Shown: positions 18,124 to 28,514, numbered from the stretch's first letter. The stretch is DNA of 40,000 nt from an uncultured Burkholderiales bacterium (GCA_903933115.1 CAIZIT010000016.1:7100-47099), one strand, 5' to 3'. Notes: generated from the letters alone by a model not told the origin. Numbers and translations are program-made.

Positions 18124-19074
18124 TTGAAAAACTCGCAGGGAAATTATCAACTGATCACTTACAAGGTGGACAAAAGCTTGCTGGCAGGCGTCGTGATTGA
18201 CTCGATGGTCTTTGAGGCGAGCAAACTGCTGGGAAACCCTCAACTCCATACAGTGATGGCGATCATGGAGAACTGGTCGGCATCGAACAAAGTCTTGACT
18301 CAAAAGGCAAAAGCCATTCGAGCCAAAGAAATTCGCCCCAAAGGCATTGAACTCAAAAAATGCAAATTGGCTGCGCCTTTGATGTACCCAGGTGATATTT
18401 ACTGCGCTGGTGCCAACTACTCTGACCACATGCAAGAGATGGCCCGAGTCACTGGACTTCCCCCCGGACCCAATATGAAAGAGTTGGGAGAAATGCCTTG
18501 GCACTTCATCAAGTCCTCTAGATCAACGGTCGTTGGGCCCAATGCAAAGGTCAAGGTTCCACATTACTCCAAAATGCTTGACTGGGAAATTGAGCTGGCG
18601 GTCGTGATTGGCAAAACCTGTAGCCAAGTTGCGGCCAAAGATGCCATGAAATACGTGGCCGGTTACACCATTGCCAATGACCTTTCAGCCAGAGATGCCA
18701 TGCGCAGGCCCAAGAATCCCCCCACCTCCCCCTTTCACATGGATTGGATTGGACAAAAGTGCTTTGATGGAGCCTGCCCCCTTGGACCATGGATTGTGCC
18801 AGCCGATCAAGTGAAAGACCCCCATCAACTGGCCATGAAACTCTGGGTCAACGACGAGTTGATGCAAGACTCCAATACGAATCTTTTGATCTTCAACATT
18901 GCAGAGCAAATTGAAGCCCTCTCCCAACGCATCACATTGCACCCAGGAGATTTGGTGTTGACAGGTACGCCATCGGGCGTGGGTTTGGCCAGAAAACTCT
19001 TTTTAAAGCCAGGAGACCACCTCAAGCTCTGGATTGAGCAAGTGGGTGAACTCAACCATACGATGGTGGCCTAA
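18124..19074 (+). CDS. Fumarylacetoacetate hydrolase (FAH)-family protein
   Basis: DWEIELAVVIGK...GYTIANDLSARD...GDLVLTGTPSGVG. TTG start at 18124 is preceded by AGGAG (18112-18116) with a 7-nt spacer. Confidence 0.85.
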   Translation: MKNSQGNYQLITYKVDKSLLAGVVIDSMVFEASKLLGNPQLHTVMAIMENWSASNKVLTQKAKAIRAKEIRPKGIELKKCKLAAPLMYPGDIYCAGANYSDHMQEMARVTGLPPGPNMKELGEMPWHFIKSSRSTVVGPNAKVKVPHYSKMLDWEIELAVVIGKTCSQVAAKDAMKYVAGYTIANDLSARDAMRRPKNPPTSPFHMDWIGQKCFDGACPLGPWIVPADQVKDPHQLAMKLWVNDELMQDSNTNLLIFNIAEQIEALSQRITLHPGDLVLTGTPSGVGLARKLFLKPGDHLKLWIEQVGELNHTMVA

Positions 19075-19120
19075 GGGGCTGGCCAGGTAACGCAGCGTCA
19101 TGTCCATTGTGATGGAGGGT

Positions 19121-19138
19121 CCACCCCTTATGGGGTGG
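19121..19138. terminator. Hairpin between convergent genes (FAH + / TctC -)
   Basis: CCACCCC-ttat-GGGGTGG, a 7-bp GC-rich stem with no adjacent T-run. Confidence 0.35.
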
Positions 19139-19141
19139 GTC

Positions 19142-20155
19142 TTACTCGAGTCGGATGTGGCGCTGCTGGATGATTTGTCCCAATTGTTGGGACTCCTCAT
19201 TGACCCTGGATTTCAATTGCTCTGAGTTGGATCCCACCGCTTGCCATCCCAAAGTGAAGAGTTTTTGACGAAACTCTTCTTGTGCAAATATTTGTCCAAG
19301 GTCTTGAGCAAGCCTGAGCTTGGCTGCAGCTGGCAAATGAATGGGACCGACCAAAGCATTCCAAACTTCCAATTTAAAGTCCCTGACGCCAAACTCACTG
19401 AGAGAGGCAATATCGGGGACCAGGGCCGTTCTTTGACTGGTCAGTCCAATGGCCTTGAGTTTACCGGCCTTGATTTGTGACATCACCACGCTTGGCGCCA
19501 TCAAGGCCATCTGAATTTGTCCAGAGAGCATTGCTGTGATCACCTGGGGATTTCCAGGATAAGGCACATGTACCGCTTCCATTCCAGGCACTTTGGACTT
19601 GAACAACTCCATGCCCAAATGGGCCACAGACCCCACCCCAACGGATGCATAGTTCCATTGATTGGCATTTTTCTTGGCCGCTTGGATGAATTCCACGCCA
19701 TCGGGCAAATTCACAGGTGCAATCATCAACAACGGTGCTGTGGCCAACAGTGAGATGAAATGAAAATCATGTGCAGGGTCGTAGGGCAATTTGGGATCCA
19801 GCATTTTTGCAGAGGTCAAGTTGCCATTGATCACGAGGCCCAATGTATGCTCATCTGTCGACTTGGCCACCATATCGGCAGCGATATTGCCTGAAGCCCC
19901 CACACGGTTCTCAATCACGACAGGCTGAGCCAAGGCTTTGGACAAGGGTTCGGCCAAAGCTCTTGCCATGATGTCGGGAGAGGAGCCGCCAGGAAATCCC
20001 ACCAAAAGACGAACAGGCTTGCTAGGCCAAAGAGGAGCTGTGGACGAATTAGAGACGGATTGAGCGCAGACGGAAAGAGTCCAACTCAAGACGATCAGCA
20101 GCAGTGAAGCTTTAATGTTGCAAATGGGGCTAAATTTTGAGGACATTGTTTTCAT
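19142..20155 (-). CDS. Bug/TctC-family substrate-binding protein
   Basis: Signal peptide, then WPSKPVRLLVGFPGGSSPDIMARA...ENRVGASGNIA...NYASVGVGSVAHL...HVPYPGNPQ. Confidence 0.9.
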   Translation of the reverse strand: MKTMSSKFSPICNIKASLLLIVLSWTLSVCAQSVSNSSTAPLWPSKPVRLLVGFPGGSSPDIMARALAEPLSKALAQPVVIENRVGASGNIAADMVAKSTDEHTLGLVINGNLTSAKMLDPKLPYDPAHDFHFISLLATAPLLMIAPVNLPDGVEFIQAAKKNANQWNYASVGVGSVAHLGMELFKSKVPGMEAVHVPYPGNPQVITAMLSGQIQMALMAPSVVMSQIKAGKLKAIGLTSQRTALVPDIASLSEFGVRDFKLEVWNALVGPIHLPAAAKLRLAQDLGQIFAQEEFRQKLFTLGWQAVGSNSEQLKSRVNEESQQLGQIIQQRHIRLE

Positions 20156-20317
20156 GATCGTATGGGATATGGGGCATGGGGGGAAGATAAGTGGAGTTCA
20201 TGACCCCTCAGCAAGGATCAACTCTCTCTTGACCATCAGGCTTGGGAGAATTCTACTCCCGAGCAGTTGTAAAGACCGGATCTCGCTTCGCTTTGGGAAG
20301 GAGGGGTACCGTTTGGC

Positions 20318-20767
20318 TTGGTGATGGCATATACTTCAGGCGAAACGATCATTTTTGATCGTTATTGGTGCTTATTGAAGGTGCAAGCCATTAACTCCAG
20401 ACGCCCCCTTACAGATCGCTTTAGAAATCCCCAGTTCAAATGGATTTACTGGTTGGTCGCTTGCTGCCTTTTGCTTTGTCAGGCTCTGGGGCAACAGCAC
20501 CGCATAGAGCATCTGGAGTCAAGCTTCAAGCTCTCAGCAAGCACGCATCTGAGCCAAGAAAACCCTCAACCCAATCTGATCAAAGAACACCAATGCACAT
20601 TGCTTGATGCATTGACACTCTCTACATGCTTGGGCAGCAGTGTCTATAAATTGGCACTTCTTGAGTATTCATTCATAGCCAGCGAAGCTCTTGATACAGG
20701 TGAGGGTGCTCGCTCACCGGAGGAGTTCTTTCAGTCCAGAGCACCTCCCGCCAAAAAATCAGCTTAA
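20318..20767 (+). CDS. Small membrane-anchored protein, DUF2946-like (tentative)
   Basis: One TM (WIYWLVACCLLLCQAL) preceded by a basic stretch, then a His/Cys-containing middle and a C-terminal ...FQSRAPPAKKSA. From memory, DUF2946 proteins next to TonB receptors end with an R-A-P-P motif. The real start may be GTG 20381, which is in frame. Confidence 0.4.
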   Translation: MVMAYTSGETIIFDRYWCLLKVQAINSRRPLTDRFRNPQFKWIYWLVACCLLLCQALGQQHRIEHLESSFKLSASTHLSQENPQPNLIKEHQCTLLDALTLSTCLGSSVYKLALLEYSFIASEALDTGEGARSPEEFFQSRAPPAKKSA

Positions 20768-21105
20768 TGGCTTGATGTCTGCGCGAGGTCCTCAGCGCTG
20801 ATACCCATCCAGCCTTGTCTAAATGCTCCGTTCGGGGATCGTGATTTTTTATTAAAAAAATATCATTCGCACATGATCCACATGATGCATTTGATGCACT
20901 TTTTTTATACCCTTACCGGCTTTGATCCCTTCAAGAACTCCCTACGGCTTTGAAGCAAGACGAGCCAGACGGGCCAGACCTCTCAGAGGGACAGGACGAT
21001 CTGGCTCACTGAGGTGTCAATTTTGAACTCCAAGTGGGCCAGTCGCAGTCTCCAACCGCTAAACAACTGATGAATAGCATCAGGTTTTTTTGATCACTCT
21101 TCAGC

Positions 21106-23262
21106 ATGAAATACGCGTCCTCCATGAATACCAATCAACGCTTCCAAGCAAGGAGCCCCTGGTGTGCCAACACTCTCCCCTACTCAATCGGTTTGATTTG
21201 GGCTGTGTTCGGGACCCCAGTCGTTCACGGACAAAATGTCCTCCTTGCTGAACCCCCGATTCAGACCATTACTGTCCTAGCCTCGCCCCCAAACGCACTG
21301 AGCCTTTCGAGTCCTGTTAAAACGCTCAGCGCCGATGAACTGAGAAACAAGTTGGGCGTGTCTTTAGGGGAGAGCCTATCTGGGGAGTTGGGTCTTTCCG
21401 CCTCTGGATTTGGTGCCGCTGCGTCAAGACCCATCATTCGGGGCATGGAAGGCGCTCGGGTACAAATATTGGAAAACGGCATGGCCATGAGCGATGTCTC
21501 CACCCTCTCCAACGACCACGCTGTTGCCAATGGACTTACTCAAACCAAGGCCATCGAAATCTTAAGAGGGTCTTCTGCACTGAAATACGGCCCTAACTCT
21601 GGGTCTGGTGTGATCAATATTTTGAACGATAAGATTTTGACCGAGTTGCCAACCTCTCTCAGTGCAAGTATTGACTCCAGGCTCACCAGCGCTGATCATG
21701 GCGCCTCCAGTGGTCTTGAGATGAGCACGAGCCAAGGCCCTTTGGCCATCCACTTGGATGCCTCCAAAAGTGTTGCCAACGACTATGCCATTCCCAGCTT
21801 CAGGGAGCTGGGTGGGCCCAATGCCAATTGGCCTGGCAAACCCAACACCAGCGAAAAAAATCGATTGCCCTACTCTTACAGCTTTAGCGAAAATGCGGGC
21901 GCTGGATTGAGCTTGATCAACTCCATGGGCTACACAGGGGTCTCCTACGAACACTTCACCCATCAGTACGGGATACCCTCTTTGGAGGGCTCCCAGATCC
22001 AACAACAACAAAATAAACTCGATCTCCAGCATCTGTCTAAACACCCACTGCCCGGTATAGATGCCCTGGTCTTTAAAGCCTCCAGCACTCAATACCAACA
22101 CACCGAGTTGAGCACCTCTTGGGTCCCCTCTACCCAATTCACCAACCAGGGCTATGACGCAAGGCTAGAGTTCGTCCATCAGAAAATGGATCATTGGGAT
22201 GGTCTATTGGGATTGGGCTACTCCAAGGGGCAGTTGTCTGCATTTGATTTGCTCAACCCCAACCATGCGGCCATCGTACCGCCCACTGAGAGCACCACTT
22301 GGTCTGCCTTTTGGATTGAGGAAAAGAAATGGGCCGACCTCACCACTGACTTTGGGCTGAGGTTTGAGCGCGTTCAAAAGCAACCCAATGCGCTGGTTCC
22401 TTACACAGACAGCCTCTTGTTCACCCCTTCAATGGCAGGTGAAGCCTCCACGCCAACGTCCTCCTTTCAGTCCCCTGTGGTGAGCAACAAAGCCTTCAAC
22501 ACGCTTTCATGGTCCACTGGATTGCTCTACCCCTTGAGTGACCTGCATTCGGCAGCTCTTCATTACTCGCTCAGTCAAAGGGCCCCTGCTTCAGACGAAC
22601 TTTTCTCCTATGGGGCCCACGATGCCACGGCGACCTTTGACATTGGAAAAGCCAACCTGGTGCCCGAGACGGCTCACAACCTGGAAGTGAATTTCATGAA
22701 AACAAGAGGCCTGACGCGATGGAAGACCAATTTCTTTTACAACAAAATTGAGAATTTCATTTACGGCGCAATGGCGGGATTGAAAGATCCACAAACGGGC
22801 TACGAGATCAGGCAATTCAATCAAGCCGATGTCATTCAAAAGGGGGCTGAAGCGGAGTTCTCCATGGGCAGTTCAAGTGAAGGTTCGGTCTATAAACTCT
22901 TTACCGATCATGTACAAACCCAGTTCATGAACGGCTCCTATACCCCTTTACAAGCCCCAGTTCGCTTGGGGTTGGACTGGTCCTACCGAGATGGAGACTA
23001 CAAAGGTGGTTTATCGGCCATCCATGCTTTCAAACAAACTCACTTGTCTTCAGGTGAAATCGCACCAACACCTGCATATACAGACCTCAGAGCCTCTTGG
23101 TCCTTTCATCAAAGACTGCCCAACAGCGATTTGGACTGGTACATCCTTGCAAAAAATCTACTCAACCAAGATATCCGATATTCCACAACTGTGCAGACAC
23201 TGCGTTTGTATGCTCCACAGACTGGTAAAAGCTTCACACTGGGTGTAAAATGGTACTTTTAA
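21106..23262 (+). CDS. TonB-dependent outer-membrane receptor (ZnuD-like plug motif; probable metal or metal-chelate uptake)
   Basis: 718 aa. Plug motif SRPIIRGMEGARVQILENGMAMSDVSTLSNDHAV...IEILRGSSALKYG. Long beta-barrel ends in the aromatic terminus ...GVKWYF. Confidence 0.85.
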   Translation: MKYASSMNTNQRFQARSPWCANTLPYSIGLIWAVFGTPVVHGQNVLLAEPPIQTITVLASPPNALSLSSPVKTLSADELRNKLGVSLGESLSGELGLSASGFGAAASRPIIRGMEGARVQILENGMAMSDVSTLSNDHAVANGLTQTKAIEILRGSSALKYGPNSGSGVINILNDKILTELPTSLSASIDSRLTSADHGASSGLEMSTSQGPLAIHLDASKSVANDYAIPSFRELGGPNANWPGKPNTSEKNRLPYSYSFSENAGAGLSLINSMGYTGVSYEHFTHQYGIPSLEGSQIQQQQNKLDLQHLSKHPLPGIDALVFKASSTQYQHTELSTSWVPSTQFTNQGYDARLEFVHQKMDHWDGLLGLGYSKGQLSAFDLLNPNHAAIVPPTESTTWSAFWIEEKKWADLTTDFGLRFERVQKQPNALVPYTDSLLFTPSMAGEASTPTSSFQSPVVSNKAFNTLSWSTGLLYPLSDLHSAALHYSLSQRAPASDELFSYGAHDATATFDIGKANLVPETAHNLEVNFMKTRGLTRWKTNFFYNKIENFIYGAMAGLKDPQTGYEIRQFNQADVIQKGAEAEFSMGSSSEGSVYKLFTDHVQTQFMNGSYTPLQAPVRLGLDWSYRDGDYKGGLSAIHAFKQTHLSSGEIAPTPAYTDLRASWSFHQRLPNSDLDWYILAKNLLNQDIRYSTTVQTLRLYAPQTGKSFTLGVKWYF

Positions 23263-23684
23263 TATATTCGTGATCAGCATTTATAGTCCCCAATGCACTT
23301 TATCACTGGTCAATGATCATGCCCAATGTCATTGGCTCAATGATTGAATCAAAGTATGAATCCATTTGATCCTTCAAGCGAACAAGAACGTCAGCACATT
23401 CGTGAGATCGCGGCTGAATCGATAGGCTGGACGCCTTTGATGGAGGGCGCCTACTTGCATACCAGTTGTGATGGAAAGACGGACCGTGTGATCATCACGG
23501 GTATCGCCGATGCCAATTTGGATGGAGAAAATGTGTTGCTCTTGATCTAGAGCTCCACACGCTCTACGCTCTACCCTCTGCCTATATCCTCTAGGTTTAT
23601 GTTGGGACAGGAGGACTCCACACCCCACTTTTTAGATCCAAAGTCCACAAAGCTCGTGAACACAAATGATAGAGAACTTTGGGC

Positions 23685-25043
23685 TTATAAAAAGGAATAA
23701 AGGCAGCCCAGGACTGCAGAGCTCACAATCACTCGAATCACGCTTTGCTTGAAAGCAATCAAGGCCAAAAGACTGACCACAAAAACAAAAACCGCAAACA
23801 CATTGAAGCTCTGTGAAAGGCCTTGCGGCATCAGGACATGAAGACCTAAAAAGAGAGCTAAATTCAAAATCACCCCCACAATGGCAGCGGTCATGGCATT
23901 CAACGGTGCCGTGAGTTTGATCTCTTTGTGAGTGGCCTCAATCACAGGTCCACCCAAGAAAATAAAAACAAACGAGGGCAAAAATGTGAACCAAGTGACC
24001 ACTGTCGCAGCCCATGCTCCACTCCACCAAGCACTATCGGGTCCGAGGAACGACTTGACGTATCCGCCAATGAAACCTACATAAGTGATCACGATGATCA
24101 AAGGACCTGGTGTGGTCTCTCCAAGAGCCAATCCATCCAACATTTGACCGGGCGTGATCCAAGCAAACGTCGAGACTGCACCTTCATAGACATAAGGCAA
24201 AACGGCATAAGCGCCACCAAAGGTTAACAGTGCAGCTTTCGTGAAAAACCAAGACATTTGGGTCAAGATGTGCTCTTGACCGAAATGCACCAACATAAAA
24301 GCCATCGGCAACAACCACAAAAAGCATCCCACCGACAAAGTCAAAAGCGAACGCCGAATAGACAACTGCGCATGTTCTGGCACAGGACTGTCGTCATCAA
24401 TGATGGCTTTGGCGTATCTTTGGGATGAATTCTTAGAGTGAGAATTGTTTAGAAAATAACGGGGAATGAATCGTCCGCCCAAGGCACCCAACACAGCAGC
24501 CAAAAGCAAGATCAAAGGAAACGGTGTCAAAAACTCATGGATCGCTATGAACGACAAGATGGCAATGGAAAGCAAAACCCAATTCTTGAGGGTTTTAACA
24601 CCAATGCGGTAAGCGGCTTGGAAAACGATTGCGCTGACTGCGGGCTTCAAACCATCCAGCACCCCAGCAACGAGGCTCACATGGCCATAAACCATATAAA
24701 GTGTCGACAACCCGATCAAGATTAAAAACGAAGGCAAGACAAACAAGACTCCAGCAGTGATGCCCCCCAAGGTGCGGTGCATCAACCAACCCAAGTAAGT
24801 GGCCAGTTGTTGAGCCTCTGGTCCAGGCAAGACCATACAAAAGTTCAATGCATGCAAAAAACGCTGTTCAGAAATCCATTTGCGTTTCTCCACCAATTCT
24901 TGGTGCATGATTGCAATTTGACCTGCAGGTCCCCCAAAACTGATAAAACCAAGCTTCAACCAAAATTGAAATGCTTGCCAAAACCCAATGGATTGGACCG
25001 CTTGATCAGCCATTGGATCTTCAATTGACCTGAGTGTGGACAT
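23685..25043 (-). CDS. chrA: Chromate ion transporter, long two-domain form
   Basis: FISFGGPAGQIAIMHQELVEKRKWISEQRFLHALNFCMVLPGPEAQQLATYLGW, plus a second CHR repeat (LTFGGAYAVLPYV...ETTPGPLI). 452 aa. Confidence 0.85.
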   Translation of the reverse strand: MSTLRSIEDPMADQAVQSIGFWQAFQFWLKLGFISFGGPAGQIAIMHQELVEKRKWISEQRFLHALNFCMVLPGPEAQQLATYLGWLMHRTLGGITAGVLFVLPSFLILIGLSTLYMVYGHVSLVAGVLDGLKPAVSAIVFQAAYRIGVKTLKNWVLLSIAILSFIAIHEFLTPFPLILLLAAVLGALGGRFIPRYFLNNSHSKNSSQRYAKAIIDDDSPVPEHAQLSIRRSLLTLSVGCFLWLLPMAFMLVHFGQEHILTQMSWFFTKAALLTFGGAYAVLPYVYEGAVSTFAWITPGQMLDGLALGETTPGPLIIVITYVGFIGGYVKSFLGPDSAWWSGAWAATVVTWFTFLPSFVFIFLGGPVIEATHKEIKLTAPLNAMTAAIVGVILNLALFLGLHVLMPQGLSQSFNVFAVFVFVVSLLALIAFKQSVIRVIVSSAVLGCLYSFL

Positions 25044-25243
25044 AAACTGGGGGAGAATAAGGAATTAAAGCCAGGAAACGGTGTTCTCAACTGAACTGGC
25101 GCAGCAACTCAAGGGGCACCCTGATCACTCAATCATAAATGATTTATACCCTTGAGTGTCACAATGCCATGGTCAGGACTGAACTGGCAATGAACTGCCA
25201 ATAAAGAGGCAGTATGGAGGCAATAGATCAAAACGTACCGCTT

Positions 25244-25501
25244 TTAAGAACGGCGGGAGGACTTTTTCTTTTTGACGTCATGAAGACGCATGTACTCAAA
25301 GAGTTCAAAGACCGTCATATCCAGGCTGATCGCAATGATTTCAATGGCATTGAGCGTGGGATTGGACAAGCCGTTTTCAATTCGACTCAGATAAGTTTGA
25401 TAGAACCCACAAAGCTCACTGAACTCGACCTGAGTCAGTCCCTTTTGGAGTCTTAAATCCTTGATGCATTGACCTAAATGATGATTGATAGTTTTGCTCA
25501 C
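25244..25501 (-). CDS. XRE-family helix-turn-helix transcriptional regulator
   Basis: LRLQKGLTQVEFSELCGFYQTYLSRIENGLSNPTLNAIEIIAISL. 85 aa, single HTH_3-type domain. Confidence 0.8.
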   Translation of the reverse strand: MSKTINHHLGQCIKDLRLQKGLTQVEFSELCGFYQTYLSRIENGLSNPTLNAIEIIAISLDMTVFELFEYMRLHDVKKKKSSRRS

Positions 25502-25614
25502 ATGTGTAATGTGACAAAAAATACCGTTAAATCAAAAACACTAATTCACATATCGTCTTAAAATTGATAAATAACAATCAAAACAACAGCATATTTGCAT
25601 GGATGTGTTGAAAA

Positions 25615-25685
25615 AAGACATCTGAATTTGAATGCATTCCAATCATGAAACAAGGAAAAAAATTTCTATTCCAATCAGATGTCTT
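25615..25685 (-). terminator. 11-bp perfect inverted repeat just downstream of the hydratase stop; terminator-like
   Basis: AAGACATCTGA (25615-25625) pairs with TCAGATGTCTT (25675-25685). On the minus strand the 3' arm runs into TTTTTT. The 49-nt loop contains the palindrome GAATGCATTC (25630-25639) and a 10-bp direct repeat ATTCCAATCA (25636-25645 and 25668-25677). The large loop is atypical for a simple terminator. Confidence 0.35.
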
Positions 25686-25694
25686 CTCAATGGC

Positions 25695-26480
25695 TTATAC
25701 AAATTGAACACAAACGCTGCCAAGAGGGCCAAAGTCACCAAACAAGGTGTCTCCCTTTTGAGCGAAAACCACTCGCGTGAAAGATCCGGCCAAGATGACA
25801 TGTCCTGCCTCTAGCGTCACGCCGTGTGAACCCAATTTATTGGCCAACCAAGCAACGCCCAATGCGGGGTGGCCAAGAACACCAGCCGCGACACCTGTCT
25901 CCTCAATATCGGAATTTCGGTACATGAGTGCACTGACCCACCTCAAATCCACGTCCATGGGTTTGATCGGGCGTCCGCCCAAAACCAATCCTGATGCGGC
26001 CCCATTGTCGGCAACCGTGTCAAAAATCTTGCGCTGATCCACCAGTCTCGCATCTACGATTTCCAAGGCTGGGACCACGTAATCGGTTGCACGAAGCACA
26101 TCCACGAGTCCAATACCAGGACCTTTGAGGGGTTGACCCAACACAAAAGCAAGCTCCACCTCGACGCGGGGCTTGCAAAAGCGATTGTGGGGCACTTTGG
26201 CGCCTTCTGCAATCATCATCGTATCGAGCAGGTGGCCATAGTCGGGCTCATCAATTTTAGAAGAGGCTTGCATGGCTTTAGAGGTCAAACCCACTTTGTG
26301 ACCAATGAGCTTGGCGCCCTCTTTGATCTTGCGCTGAGCCACAATGGAAGAAATGGCATAGGAGTCCTCAATTTTAATGTGAGGGAAAGTATCGGATAAA
26401 AGCTTGGCCTGTATGCACTCTCTTTCGGCCTTGATCAAAATATCAGCGGCGAGTTCTCTTTCTTGGGGGGTCATCATCAA
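25695..26480 (-). CDS. 2-keto-4-pentenoate hydratase family (MhpD/XylJ/HpcG-like) hydratase/decarboxylase
   Basis: 261 aa. ELAADILIKAERECIQAKLLSDTFPHIKIEDSYAISSIVAQRKIKEGAKLIGHKVGLTSKAMQ...PRVEVELAFVL...ILAGSFT. Confidence 0.8.
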   Translation of the reverse strand: MMMTPQERELAADILIKAERECIQAKLLSDTFPHIKIEDSYAISSIVAQRKIKEGAKLIGHKVGLTSKAMQASSKIDEPDYGHLLDTMMIAEGAKVPHNRFCKPRVEVELAFVLGQPLKGPGIGLVDVLRATDYVVPALEIVDARLVDQRKIFDTVADNGAASGLVLGGRPIKPMDVDLRWVSALMYRNSDIEETGVAAGVLGHPALGVAWLANKLGSHGVTLEAGHVILAGSFTRVVFAQKGDTLFGDFGPLGSVCVQFV

Positions 26481-26898
26481 AATTCTCCTTGTGCTTGAAT
26501 CGTTAACGCAATACCTTCACTCACGCTCATATTTTCAGTGCGTGATTATTGTTAGCTCATTATATTCGTGCTCTAAAAGTGAACCAAGAATCCTCTCATT
26601 TTCTGATCAAGTCAAACAGTAAGCTCAATTTTCAACGCTCGCGAGTTCTCGTTGTCATCCTTTTTTTGCTCCACCCCATTGATCAGTAGGTAATAACCCT
26701 TGCACTTGAAAATCAAGGATGATTGTGAAGACCTCCAATAGGCCTACCGAGGCGCCATGTGGACAGCTTAAAAACAGTATTTTGTACATGGAACTAGGGT
26801 CAACTCGATTGGGATGAATCAAATTAAGGTGGTATATTTTCAGTAAGCACAAGGGCCAGACCTTAGGACTTAAAGTCAACAGATAGAGACCGTAGAAA

Positions 26899-27927
26899 AT
26901 GACATTTACCATCAAATTAAGCCCCAGCGGTCATAGTTTTCAATGCGAAGAAAACCAAGAAATACTAAAGGCGGGCCTAGACGCGGGTTACTTGCTTCCC
27001 TTCAGTTGTCGCTCGGGCATGTGTTTGACTTGCAGAGCACGAGTGATCAATGGCGAGATCGACCATGGAGATGCGCATACTAAATATTTGAGCATGCAGG
27101 ACCGAGAAAATGGTCTAGCCCTTCTTTGCTGTGCCAAACCCAAGTCAGATTTGTTGCTGGATATTGAAGAAATGGATCCTGATCATGGCAATCCACCTAA
27201 AAAAATGCCAGCACGCGTATTGGACATCAAGACGCCTGCCCCGGATGTAAAAATCATCACCCTGGGCTTGCCGGCGAATGAACCTGTTCATTTTCGCGCT
27301 GGCCAGTTTTTGGATGTGAGGCTGAAAACAGGAGAAAAAAGAAGCTACTCCATTGCCAGCACACCCAAGGCAGAAGGCCTTCGCCAACTTGAACTTCATA
27401 TCCGTCATTTACCTGGCGGACTCTTTACGGATCAAGTGTTCTCTAGCCTGAAGGTCAGAGATATTCTCCAAATCGAGGTGCCACTGGGCAACTTCTATCT
27501 ACGAGAAGAACACGCCAAACCCATCATCATGGTGGCCTCAGGCACAGGATTTGCCCCCATCAAATCCATCATCAACCACGTGAACTTTAAACGCATGGAG
27601 CGACCCATTCACTTTTATTGGGGCGCAAGAAAGAAAATTGATCTTTATGAGTTTGAAGTTGCTCAAGAAATGGTCAAAGACCATATCAATTTGGACTTCA
27701 TCCCTGTGCTGAGCGAACCTAGCCCAGACTGCCAATGGAGTGGTCGAACGGGGAATGTTCATGAGGCCGTGATAGAGGACCACCCCAATTTATTGGGTTT
27801 TGAAGTTTACGCGTGCGGAGCACCAATCATGGTCGAACGCGCAAAACTCGATTTCGTTGAGAAATGTCACCTCCATCCGAAAGATTTTTTCGCGGATTCC
27901 TTCATCAGCCTGGCTGACCTAAGCTGA
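26899..27927 (+). CDS. 2Fe-2S ferredoxin / FAD / NAD(P)H oxidoreductase (BenC/XylZ/AscD-type reductase)
   Basis: N-terminal plant-type ferredoxin CRSGMCLTC...LLCC. FAD motif RSYSIAS. NAD motif MVASGTGFAP. 342 aa. Confidence 0.85.
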   Translation: MTFTIKLSPSGHSFQCEENQEILKAGLDAGYLLPFSCRSGMCLTCRARVINGEIDHGDAHTKYLSMQDRENGLALLCCAKPKSDLLLDIEEMDPDHGNPPKKMPARVLDIKTPAPDVKIITLGLPANEPVHFRAGQFLDVRLKTGEKRSYSIASTPKAEGLRQLELHIRHLPGGLFTDQVFSSLKVRDILQIEVPLGNFYLREEHAKPIIMVASGTGFAPIKSIINHVNFKRMERPIHFYWGARKKIDLYEFEVAQEMVKDHINLDFIPVLSEPSPDCQWSGRTGNVHEAVIEDHPNLLGFEVYACGAPIMVERAKLDFVEKCHLHPKDFFADSFISLADLS

Positions 27928-27983
27928 TCAGCTCAAACCCATTGAAGATTCAACCCATTAAATGCAAAAAAGGAGAATAGACG

Positions 27984-28505
27984 ATGTTGCCTGAAAACTG
28001 TACTGTACAACCCCAAGAGAGAAACTCCATCATCAAACCCTATTGTTTGAGCCATGGAACTCTTGAAGTTTTTAGCCTCAAGCAGTCAAGAAAGTTTTAT
28101 GAAGAGTTTTTGGGACTTCAAGTCGTTCGACATGGAAAGCCTGCAATGGTGATTCGCCTTGGCATGCGGTTTCATGTCGTTTGCGTAGAAGTTGGAGATC
28201 AAATTCACCCCGTGAGCTTATTGAACCATTGGGGCATTGATGTTGCAACAAGGGCAGAGGTCGATGATGCGCACCAAAAAGCCATCGCCAACAAGGAAAA
28301 ATACAATATTCGTCAAGTGCTGAATCCTCAAGAAATGCATGGCGTCTACTCCTTTTATTTAGAGGATTTAGATCACAATTGGTGGGAGATCCAACACTAT
28401 CAAAATGGTTTTCAACACGATGACTTTTTTGATTTTGGTGACCGCTTCTCCTCTGATGAAGAGGGTGACGCCAAAAATTTGGACGAATTAAAAGTAAATC
28501 ACTGA
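27984..28505 (+). CDS. VOC-family (glyoxalase/dioxygenase fold) protein
   Basis: LSHGTLEVFSLKQSRKFYEEFLGLQVVRH...HWGIDV...FYLEDLDHNWWEI. Single VOC domain, 173 aa. Confidence 0.65.
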   Translation: MLPENCTVQPQERNSIIKPYCLSHGTLEVFSLKQSRKFYEEFLGLQVVRHGKPAMVIRLGMRFHVVCVEVGDQIHPVSLLNHWGIDVATRAEVDDAHQKAIANKEKYNIRQVLNPQEMHGVYSFYLEDLDHNWWEIQHYQNGFQHDDFFDFGDRFSSDEEGDAKNLDELKVNH

Positions 28506-28514
28506 CTCTCTAAC

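Noticed and set aside
20841-20910. AT-rich stretch upstream of the TonB receptor (ttattaaaaaaatatcattcgcacatgatccacatgatgcatttgatgcac) considered as a Fur/Zur box. It also contains reiterated TGATGCA/CATGAT words.
   Set aside because: I could not align it to the Fur 19-mer (GATAATGATAATCATTATC) or to palindromic Zur boxes without many mismatches. Any call needs a PWM scan.
23344-23550. 68-aa ORF (TTG start, ATG at 23356) between the TonB receptor and chrA. Just upstream is a 13-bp palindrome CCAATGTCATTGG (about 23324-23336).
   Set aside because: No recognisable motif, no clear RBS, an acidic and unremarkable sequence, and I cannot assess conservation. I cannot support it as a gene. The palindrome may simply be an operator or terminator remnant.
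26481-26898. A long 418-nt divergent spacer with ORFs 26404..26622 (+) and 26655..26915 (-). I looked for a decayed gene, a regulator or a structured RNA.
   Set aside because: The translations have no family resemblance. I found no convincing inverted repeats or known RNA motifs. It is most simply a large divergent promoter region.
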